Shown here: piece after piece, positions 34,897 through 44,478 of the stretch
Numbering within the stretch: position 1 is the first letter of the stretch
How the letters are laid out: the number at the start of each line of letters is the position of its first letter
DNA from: Macrostomum lignano
Lineage: Eukaryota
Length of the DNA: 64,000 bases
NCBI GenBank assembly: GCA_002269645.1
Contig: NIVC01002418.1
Span: 81,969 to 145,968 of the forward strand
Direction: 5' to 3'
Position numbers and translations under genes: made by a program
Notes under the pieces: model-generated
Databases searched by the model: none
The model's input: only the letters and a program-made list of their open reading frames with translations
Told to the model about the DNA's origin: nothing

Positions 34897-36582
34897 GGTG
34901 CCAATGATGCAGAATGACAAATGGGAGTTGTCTATGGCCCGTACTAGCCACATAGTTGTTTGGCTAGTACAAAATTTTACAAAAAATACAAAAATAGTTG
35001 TTTGGGGCACAAAAATTTGGCTGAGTTTTATTGAGCCCATAATGTCAACTGGTAATACAACTAGTGGGAAACATTTTTAAATGGCACTGAGCATTGCTCA
35101 GTTCAGTCAATGTAGTCCTGACTGTCTCAGATTCCTAAACTGGTTAATAATGACGAATCCAGAACAGAATGCTGCCAAAAGCCTTGGCAGGCCTTGGGTG
35201 AAGGCGGCGCCATATATACTCTTGGATGTGCGATTCAAAGAGGGCATTGTTAGTGCCGTGCATGGCCCAGAATTTTGCTTTGCAGTTGCCCCAAGTCCCT
35301 TTGATCATGTTTGTGTGCAGCGTGGGGTCATTGGGGTCCATAAAGTGGAGCCTATGATTCACAACACCATGGTCACCATGACCACCGACAGCGTTCGCCA
35401 CTTGATTATATGCCTGCCAGCCGTCTGTCAGGATCTGCATGCCAGGTAGGATGTACTGCTAGATGATGGGCAGCAGTATAGCAGCAGACCTGTCTGGTAT
35501 GACCACCATGATGCACTTGGGCGAGCCTCATTCTACCATTCCGAGCACCCAGTGACCATTACGGTCATACATGCGCAACCTTCAAAATTCGGTCGGCCAT
35601 GCGACTTAGTTTTAACAAAAATGCGACGTAGTTTTTGGCCAAAAATGCGACTTACATGTAAAAAAACCCTAACGCAAAATTAACGCAACTTTGGGTAAAC
35701 GGCAGGAGTAACTATGACTGTCTTATTAAGTCAAAATGCCTCGTCAGCTACTTAGTACTACTACTTTGCGTTTTTTTGGGTGGGCATTTTTGCGACTTCC
35801 TTGGTTGGCTGCCAAATCGGTCGGCCGGATCGGCCGACTCGGCCGACTGTTGCGCATGTATGATTACGGTAGGCTCCCTGGTGATACTTGCAGTGGAAGA
35901 ACCGACTTTCATCAATCTCGACCACGTGACCAGGGCCACCCAGCTGCATTGGGTGATCCACAAAGTACTGGCAACAGATATCGTGAACAAAGTTGAGCCA
36001 GTCAATGGCAGTGTGGCTACTGATACCATACTTGTGCATGACGGTTGACATAGACTCATTTTTGGCCCATCATTGCAATAGGATGATCAGCTGCTGCAGT
36101 TCCAGATGGCTGGCCTTGAAAAAGGAGCCCTTGCATATGCTCTCCTGGTGTCGACAGGTTTTACAGCCCCAGGCATAGCCATCAATGAATTGCTCTCCAT
36201 TGTGGTGCTGCAGATTCATCGGTATATGCACGGCACATGGGCAGGTCCATTGGTTGGCCAATAGTCCACAATGAGCGAGCCACCACATAGTCTCATCAGT
36301 ACTTGCCATTACTTCCATTAATCCATTAGATTCCTTGAATTCATATTTAGTTCAGTCAGTGACTTTACTGGCAGAACTTCATTTGGTGGCATAATCCACG
36401 ATGGTCTTGGGGGCCATCTGGCATCTAGTCATTTGCAAATCAAAAGAGTCTCAAAGTCTCTAAAGTCTAAACTATAGTGAGGGCTCAATAAAACTCAGCC
36501 AAATTTTTGTGCCCCACACAACTCTACGCAGCTAGTACAGGCCACAGACAGCTCCCATCCGTCATTCCATGTCATAGGCACC
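34897..36582 (-). mobile_element. Degenerate Merlin (IS1016/IS1595-like) DNA transposon
   Basis: Imperfect long TIRs starting GG (34897-35038 and 36481-36582). Transposase fragments 36318-35144: Cys-rich N-terminus, GGPGHVVEIDES, KYHQG, GHWVLGMVE, ILTDGWQAY, VNH..HF.DP, HTNMIKGTW. Contains stops and frameshifts. No TSD identified. Confidence 0.85.
35566..35862. mobile_element. 297-bp MITE with 14-bp TIR catacatgcgcaac and 8-bp TSD, nested in the Merlin transposase
   Basis: TSD attacggt at 35558-35565 and 35863-35870. Removing the insert restores the reading GAYRNGHWVLG. Confidence 0.92.
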
Positions 36583-36585
36583 ATG

Positions 36586-37116
36586 CCATAGTCAGGAAGG
36601 TGGTCTTTTTCATTGAAAATTCCAGCATGCATTGGCATAGCCAAAGATATTCGGCATACATTCGGTATATATGGCGTACCACAGTTTAGAGAAAGAACCC
36701 ATGGCGTGCAATGGCGTGCCACAACACACAATTATATGCCACACCACTTTGGGCATAGGGCCATGCCCACCCATAATATCCCGAATCCTGATGCATCAAA
36801 TTTATTTTTAAAAAACTTTTTTAAAACTAAAAAGGAAAGAAAAAACATTTTTGGTGCTAATTTTCTTTCGTTAAAGTCATGGAAATTTCAAAAGAAAAGA
36901 AAACTTAGTTAAAATTTGACTTTTACATTATTTTAAACTTCCTTTATTATTTAACAGATTATTATTGAAACTTTCGTTCACATGCACTACTACCCCTACC
37001 CAACACCCCCCCAGTCCATCAGCATACCACTGGGTTCCGATCTTGGCATACACGGCATACCACTTTTTTTACTGACTTTTTATTCCAGCGTACCTGTGCC
37101 ATGATCCTGACTATGG
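36586..37116. mobile_element. 531-bp MITE with TIR ccatagtcagga and 8-bp TSD
   Basis: TSD gcaccatg at 36578-36585 and 37117-37124. Ends ccatagtcagga / tcctgactatgg. Confidence 0.85.
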
Positions 37117-37710
37117 GCACCATGTCCATTTTAAAAGAAAAAAATTCGCAAACAATAGTAAATTTACGCCTAACCTTCAAATGGACAGTTTTAATGAAAC
37201 CAATTAAATAGGCTTTAGGATAACAAGTTTATATTTTGGTTTAGCTAATCTTTATAACAGAAAAAATATCTTATTAATAGATATAGAAAATATAAAATAT
37301 ACTATTTAATTTTTTTAAATTATAACACTATTTTTTGCAGGTGCCCACGGCCACAGTACACTGACTACAGTCCAGATTAAGTTCAAGAAATAGAATGCAC
37401 TTACCATTTTTGTATCTATGCTAATATGTGCAGAAAACAAGAAATTTTAAGATTTATAGAGAGAGGCCTAGGCCTAATTACTTAATGAAAATGTGACTTT
37501 AAAACACACAATACAGAGGAGGTTCGAACAAAAGTAAAAAAACGTAAAGGAAACGTTGGGTGGTTACTAATATTTATTCCTATTTAGCTATACGCAGTCT
37601 AATCAAGTATAGATTATTACTTTTTAAGTTTCTGAAGAAAAAATGACTTAAATCAAACGAATCCAATTGACGGCAACTTTCTCGATTAGAGTCGAAGAGT
37701 TCCTAGAATA

Positions 37711-38031
37711 TGTAAATACCCCAGTCGCCGTTTGAAATACGAGTGACGAAGTCGTGCAGGCAATTCTTGTCGGCTGTGCTCACTTAGCCGAGGGGAGAAA
37801 GTCTTAAAGATTCCTGCTCAAACCATTACTGTATTTATAACCATTGGCGATGTTTTGCAGACAGCGTGCGAGGCTTAAAAGCGTAATTCACGCGCGGGAA
37901 TAAAATCAATTCCAGAATACATTCAAATATATGGAAACTAAGCGAGTCGGAGAAAAGAATGCGACTGCGCAACAAATTAAGTCAGCAGGGTGCACAGTGC
38001 GTACGGTACGGGGAAGGGACAACTTGTTACA
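37711..38031 (-). repeat. 3' LTR
   Basis: Identical to 43546-43866. Confidence 0.97.
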
Positions 38032-38280
38032 ACAGCTCCCTCCTTCGAAAGTTTAATGCCCTCATTAAACTGAAAAAGATTTTTTGGAAAAAGGATTCGA
38101 AGCAAAACGAAAATTTCACAGCTGCAGACACACCTTCTCAAAGAAGAACAAGTGGCAGCGAAACAAATGAGGCTGAACAAAAGGGATCTTTTCGAAAATA
38201 GGAAAAGACTAACTGTTTGCGCAAACTGAATCAAAGCACGATTTTGCCTTAGACAAAAACAGTCCAGTCCAGGTCTCTAA

Positions 38281-41200
38281 TCAGTCCTCACTCGGCCGAT
38301 CGTTGTCGCTGTCGTCGGCATCAGCCCCCTGGTCACCATCTTCATCACCAGACGGTGGTGTTGGTGGGCAGGCGCGCTTGAGTTTGTTGACGTGAACCAC
38401 CCGGCCGTTGATCTCGCCGTCTCGGTAATCGACGGGCCGAATCAGGTAGTTGACCGGCGACGTTCTGCGAAGGACGTTGAATGGGCCAGTCCACGGCGAC
38501 TGATGTTTCACCGGCAGACCGTTGGTTCTGGAGAGCACAGCGGGAGGCACGAACAGCCAAACGAGGTCGCCAGCACGAAACTTCCGCTTCCTTGCCTTCC
38601 GGTAGTAGTACCGCCGCTGACGCCTCTGAGCTGCACCAGTTGTCCTCCGCACTGTTTCGAAGGCGTCCTGCAGCCGCTGGATGGTCTCCGCCGCGTACTG
38701 GCCGACGATCGCTGGGGGCTCTGGCGGCCGGTAGACGACGTCCAACGGCAGCACCACCTCTCGGCCAGTCAACAGGAAGTGCGGGGAGAACCCTGTTGTT
38801 GCGCTGATGCTGCTTCTGTAGGCCAGAAGACAGTGCGGCAGGGCGTCCTCCCAGTCCGGCGGATTGACGGTCTGGAGGTGACAGCGCAGCATTTGATGAA
38901 GCGTCCGATGAAATCGTTCCACCAGGCCGTCGCACTGCGGATGGTAGCCTGATGTTCGGGTCTTGTCGATCTCCAGCAGGCTGCAGAGACCTCGGACAAT
39001 GCGGCCGTCGACGCTTCTGCCTCGGTCCGAATGAAAGACATGTGGAGCTCCCCAGCGCGCGATCCAGTGGCTGAACAACGCCTTGGCAATAGTTGCTGCC
39101 TTCTCGTCCGGCATTGGCACCAGCTCCACTCATTTGCTGAAGTAGTCGATGATCGTTAGTAGACGATCGTTGCCATTCTTGGAGACGCCGACCTTGACGA
39201 CGTCGAACCCGACGCGCTGCATGGGGAAACCCGCTGTGATACTTTGTAACGGCGCACGTTTGATGAGCGGCGTCTTGGCTCGCTGGCAGACTCCGCATGA
39301 ACGAACAGCCAGCCGGACGCTTTCGGCCATCTTCGGCCAGTAGAACCGCGCCTTGAGGCTGGCCAGCGTCTTGTCCTCGCCCAGGTGGCCGATGTTGTGG
39401 ACCTCGTAGATGACGTCGCGCTGTTGACAGAGAGGGATGACCGGCACCGGCTTCGCGTTGACCAGGCGGTGCATGGCGCCGTTGACGAAGCACAGATCGT
39501 GTACCTTTTGTGCCAGCACCAGGGTCTCCGACGGCACTTTGTCGCGCTGCCGATCGGTGAATCTGGTCTTGCCGTCGGCGAGTAGCCGGAACACTGGGCT
39601 GATGACTGGATCCTGAAGCTGCATTCTGCGTAGAGACGGTGGCCCGCTGTCTGCTGCTGGTGCCTCAGTCGCGTCGTCATCGCTGCTGTCTTCACTCTCA
39701 CTGGTAAGCGGCTGTAGAATTTGCTTGCGCCTCGCCTGCATGGTGCTGACCTGGACGATGTCGTTAGCAGGCGCTGCTGGCGCCTCGGTGTCCGTTTGGC
39801 AAGCCACCGAGGAAGTCGTCTTTCTGATGTTTACTGGCTCCGGCCGACAGATTCGACATTGGTTGGTACATCGTTGCTGGACCCGTGATAGAGCGTCGGC
39901 GTTGTTGTGCTGACGGCCTGGGCGGAAGACAACCTTGAAGTCGTACTCGTCTAGAGTCTGCAGCCACCGTGCCAGTTGACCCTCGGGCTCCTTGAACGTC
40001 AGCAGATGTGTCAGAGACTGATGATCGACGCGGACGGTGAATGTCCGAGGCAGCAGGTACGTTCGAAACTTTCTGACATGGTCGACGACCGACAGCAGTT
40101 CTCGCCTCGTCACGCAATAGTTGCGTTCAGCCCTTGACAGCGCCCGAATGGAGTACGCGATGACCCGTTCCTCGCCGGCCTGGACTTGAGAGAGCACCGC
40201 GCCAATGGCACAGTCGCTGGCGTCAGTATCCAAAACGAACTCCGAGCTGTCTGGGCTGGTGTCCGTGAAGGCAAGGACTGGTGCTGACGCTAGCGCCGCC
40301 TTCAGTTGGACAAATACTGCCTCAGCCGCTGGTGTCCACTGGAATTTCTCCGCCGGAAGAGTCAGGCGTCGTAGCGGTTCGGCAATCTTCGAATAGTCCT
40401 GAACGAATCGCCGATAGTACGCCGTGAGGCCTAGGAAGCTCTTCACCTCCTTAGGGTTTCCTGGTGTTGGCCATGCGCGGATGACGGCAGTCTTGGTCTC
40501 GTCGACGGTGATGCCGGACTTGGAGACTCGATGACCGAGCACAATCATCGTCGAGTTGGCGAAACGGCACTTTGACGGTTTCAGCCGCAGGTTTGCCTCC
40601 CTCAGCCGCTCAAGCACTGCTCGCAGTCGAGAATTGTGCTCAGCGATCGTCCGGCCCATAACGATGACATCGTCGATGAAAACGAGGCACGCTTGCCAGG
40701 TCAGCCCTTGAAGCACCAGCTGCATAAGTCGTTGAAACGTCGCCGGGGCGTTGCGCAGGCCGAAGGGCATGACGTTGAACTCGAAAAGGCCTTGGTGACA
40801 GATAAAAGCAGTCTTTTCCTTGTCGCGCTCTTCGACTTCGACCTGCCAGTAGCCACTCTCCAGATCGAGTGCCGAAAAGTAAGCGTTGCCCTCCAGAGCG
40901 TCCAAGGTGTCGTCGATGCGAGGGATCGGGAAGGCATCCGGCTTGGTGACCTGGTTGAGCAGCCGATAGTCAAGGCAGAAGCGTGCCGTCCCATCCTTCT
41001 TCCTGACGAGCACGATCGGCGATGCCCACGGCGAAGATGACGGCCGGATGACGCCTTTCTGCAGCATGTCGTCGACTAGTTCGGCCTGTTTTTCGATGAC
41101 CGGGCGCGCTGCACGTCGAAGGCTCTGTCGAATCGGTCGCGCTCCACCGGTGTCGATGTGGTGTCGTAAAACTGCTGTGCGGCCAGCGTTGCCTGGTGAT

Positions 41201-42492
41201 GCGAAGACGTCGCAGAATTCCAGCAGAAGATCTTTGACAGACTGCTGTTCGTCGACCGAAATATCACTTTCGATTTTTATGCTGTTTAACCAGTCTGTCG
41301 TGTGTTGCAATGTCGCCGAACCCGAGACTACCGCCGTCGTCACCGCCAAGCTGCCAGCGGCCGTCGCCGCCGTGCTGCCAGCGGCCGTCGCCGCCGTGCT
41401 GCCAGCGGCCGTCGCCGCCGTGCTGCCAGTGGCCGTCGCCGCCGTGCTGCCAGCGGCCGTCGCCGCCGTGCTGCCAGTGGCCGTCGCCGCCGTGCTGCCA
41501 GCGGCCGTCGCCGCCGTGCTGCCAACGGCCGTCGCCGCCGTGCTGCCAGTGGCCGTCGCCGCCGTGCTGCCAGCGGCCGTCGCCGCCGTGCTGCCAGCGG
41601 CCGTTGCCGCCGTGCTGTCAGCGGCCGTCGCCGCCGTGCTGCCAACGGCCGTCGCCGCCGTGCTGCCAGCGGCCGTCGCCGCCGTGCTGTCAGCGGCCGT
41701 CTGGATTCGTGCGTGGCTACTGAGCGGTGAGAAACTGCCGATGATGTCGCCGTCGCTAATGCTGATGATCTGATCGCCGACGTTGATGACAGCCAGTCCC
41801 ATTCCGCTGTCGGATAGCTTTGAGACGCAGCGACCGATGAGCAGCCCTTGTAGTTTTGTCCCGGTGACTATCCCAGGGGCGCCTGATTTCGTCCACGAGG
41901 CTTGCTGGGCTGGCTTGACTGGGATGATCCACCGATCGCCTGGCTGCAGCTGAACTGAGGCCGCCGACACTAGCCTGCAGGTCTGCGCTGCTTCTTTGCT
42001 TTGCCGAGTCGGGATTGATGCGCCTATGCTGTTGAAGGTGATGCAACCGGCCTGCAGATGAACAGAGACGTCGTGGGTGCTGAGGAAGTCACAGCCCAGG
42101 ATGACGGATGTCGGATGCAGCTTCTCCAGTACGACGAATCGATGTTGTACACGAACGATTCCAAGTGTCACTGTCAATGTTGTCTCGCCCAGCACTCGTT
42201 GCAAGTTGCCGTCCACGCCTCTAATGGTGATGCTGCTGGGCTGCAGCTGCCGCCTGGCCTTCCGGTAGATCTCGGCGCCGATGCATGACACCTCTGCTCC
42301 GGTGTCGATCAAGCAGTGGCGCCGTCGTCTGAGAATGCGCGCGGTGACGAAACGCGCCTGACCAGGCTGACAGCTGCTGAGGCGTGGAGTGGAGGCCGAG
42401 TGTCTTAGTGCTGAGAGGGCCGGTGCTGGCCTCGCGGACCAGCCCCCTCGGCGTTTGGGCAGTTGCGTCGAATATGGCCGAGCTGACCGCAT
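38281..42492 (-). pseudogene. pol: Gypsy pol (protease, RT, RNase H, integrase) with an in-frame TGA in the integrase core
   Basis: LIDTGA protease; SSSPWASP, RFCLDYR, MPFGLRNAPATFQR, FIDD RT; DTDAS RNase H; HHCC zinc finger; D-D-E (GFDVV, HSDRG, VERF); GPF domain. TGA at 39130-39132 in DYFSK*VEL, where W is expected. Confidence 0.9.
41345..41700. repeat. 24-bp in-frame tandem repeat inside pol (STAATAAG)n
   Basis: About 14 copies of gccgtcgccgccgtgctgccagcg, between the protease region and RT. Confidence 0.93.
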
Positions 42493-43519
42493 CTGTAACA
42501 GACTGTTTTCTCCAGTCGTTGCTGTCCTCAGGTGCTCGACTGCTGCGGCATCAGCGGTCTTGGTAGCTCAGTCGATCTTGGAGGCCTCGGTGGTGTTGGC
42601 GGCGTAGGCGACATCTGCGGCTGCACTAGACTGGTACTCATGTACGCCCGCGTTTCCCGAAGCTGCTGGGCGAAGCGTAGTGCCTGCTCCACAGTGTGTG
42701 GCGGAGTTGGATGGTTGAGCAATCGCTCAGTGACGTAGCTGTCGTTTAGGCCTTGCATGAACTGCTCGAGAACTATCTGCTGCACAAAGACCTGGGCTCC
42801 CGGGTCCGGATGGGCCCGAACAGCCAACCGTTGGAGCTCCGTCAGGTACTTCTCAAAGCTCTCGTCAGGTTTCCGATGTCGAGCACGGAACTCGCGTCGA
42901 AGAAGGGCTGCACTCTTGGCACCACCGTGACGTGAGCGGAGGTGTTCTACCAGGTCTTCGTAGTACACCCCAGGTAGCTGATCCAATGTTGACCCGGGCG
43001 GAAGACCTACGTACGCGCACTGCATTGCCAGCCAGGCAGTGTACGTTGCGAATGCCGGTCCGAGATAAGCCGTCAGGGTATTGACCTTCTCGATGTCCGG
43101 GAGGCCGGGGAATCGACCAATGTGAGCGCCGATCCTGACGAGGAAGTCGTCGAAGTCTTCACGACCGTTGTATGGCGGAGGATTGGGCACCGAAGGCAGA
43201 GCAAGCCGGTGATTTGCCACTGGCAGCGCTGCATAAGCCAGGTTGTTAGGCGGGCGTATTCCAGCTCCGGGACATGTCGAGCTTGACGTTGAACGTGCTC
43301 ATGGAACGGGTTTGTTGAATACGACTCCGGCCGTGTCGTCCGCGGATCTTCGTCTGCGATGAACGGGTTGGTCGATCTACTGGCTGCTGCAGACACAAAC
43401 GGGTTGTATGAACTCGAACTGGACGCGATGCTTGACTCGGCTGCTGTAGCTGCATCTGCCGCATTTGCTCGTCTGACCAGCCGTCCTCGAAGCTCCAGGA
43501 AGTCGTCATCGTTCCACAT
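42405..43519 (-). pseudogene. gag: Gypsy gag with a frameshift near the N-terminus and an in-frame TGA before the CCHC knuckle
   Basis: N-terminal ORF from 43519 is in a different frame from the capsid-like ORF 43220-42528. After TGA 42528-42530 the same frame reads GQQRLEKTVCYRCGQLGHIRRNC... to TAA 42405. Confidence 0.85.
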
Positions 43520-43545
43520 GATGAAACACTAGCGTGGTCGCCAAA

Positions 43546-43866
43546 TGTAAATACCCCAGTCGCCGTTTGAAATACGAGTGACGAAGTCGTGCAGGCAATT
43601 CTTGTCGGCTGTGCTCACTTAGCCGAGGGGAGAAAGTCTTAAAGATTCCTGCTCAAACCATTACTGTATTTATAACCATTGGCGATGTTTTGCAGACAGC
43701 GTGCGAGGCTTAAAAGCGTAATTCACGCGCGGGAATAAAATCAATTCCAGAATACATTCAAATATATGGAAACTAAGCGAGTCGGAGAAAAGAATGCGAC
43801 TGCGCAACAAATTAAGTCAGCAGGGTGCACAGTGCGTACGGTACGGGGAAGGGACAACTTGTTACA
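43546..43866 (-). repeat. 5' LTR
   Basis: Identical to 37711-38031. Confidence 0.97.
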
Positions 43867-44334
43867 AATAGATAGTTCAAAAGTGTGTGCAATTTGCACA
43901 CCGAATAAGACAAAAGCATAACAAATTTTATATCTTAAAAATAGACATACTATAATTAAACTGCTTACTAAAGCTTATATTTAAAACTTACAAAAGTTTC
44001 GAGAAGTTTATTTGATAAAACAGGAGATAAAACTAATGTAGATGTATACTTTCACAAAATTTCACTTTTTCGCATTAGACACTTAAATTGACTGCTACGA
44101 GCTACTTAACCATCCTTCTCACACTACTATTAGTAGCATTCCTTGCGAAAGTTGACATGTCAACATTGCATCAATGTTGTTGTAACAAGATTGCATGACA
44201 ACATTTGCCACGACAAAAGCAACATTATGACAACATTTGCTGACAAATCCAAAGCCAATGCAACAAGCCATGCAAGCATTTGCCAAGCAATCGCATGCAA
44301 ATGCAATGGTGGTATGCAGCTTATTCTGATGAAT

Positions 44335-44478
44335 TTCGGTGCAAAAAGGTCGGCGGGCAAACTTCTGGCGGGCAAACTTCGGCGGGCAAACTTTGGCGGG
44401 CAAACGTCGGCGGGCAAATGTCGGCGGGCAAATGTCGGCGGGCAAATGTCGGTGGGCAAACTTCGGCGGGCAAACGTC
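44335..44478. mobile_element. Partial foldback-type arm of 15-bp subrepeats (cggcgggcaaacgt/tt) related to the 44980-46849 element
   Basis: Subrepeats share ggcaaacgtc with the foldback arm. It abuts the start of the Crypton fragment. The partner arm was not found. Confidence 0.6.

Larger units (their letters stand above)
37711..43866 (-). mobile_element. Full-length Ty3/gypsy LTR retrotransposon, recent insertion
   Basis: 321-bp LTRs (37711-38031, 43546-43866), TG...CA, no mismatch seen. 4-bp TSD aata. PBS-like tggcgacc next to the 5' LTR; PPT aaggagggagc next to the 3' LTR. Domain order gag-PR-RT-RH-IN. Confidence 0.97.

Noticed and set aside
40670-40690. FIDD instead of YxDD in RT as an inactivating change
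   Set aside because: Both catalytic Asp residues are intact and the Y-to-F change is conservative.
38345-42607. Overlapping alternative-frame and antisense ORFs across gypsy pol and the RTE ORF
   Set aside because: GC-rich shadow ORFs with no recognisable domains.
43160-43185. PPPY late-domain motif in Gag
   Set aside because: It coincides with the ordinary P.xY/F.G start of the gypsy capsid domain, so it is not independent evidence of a late domain.
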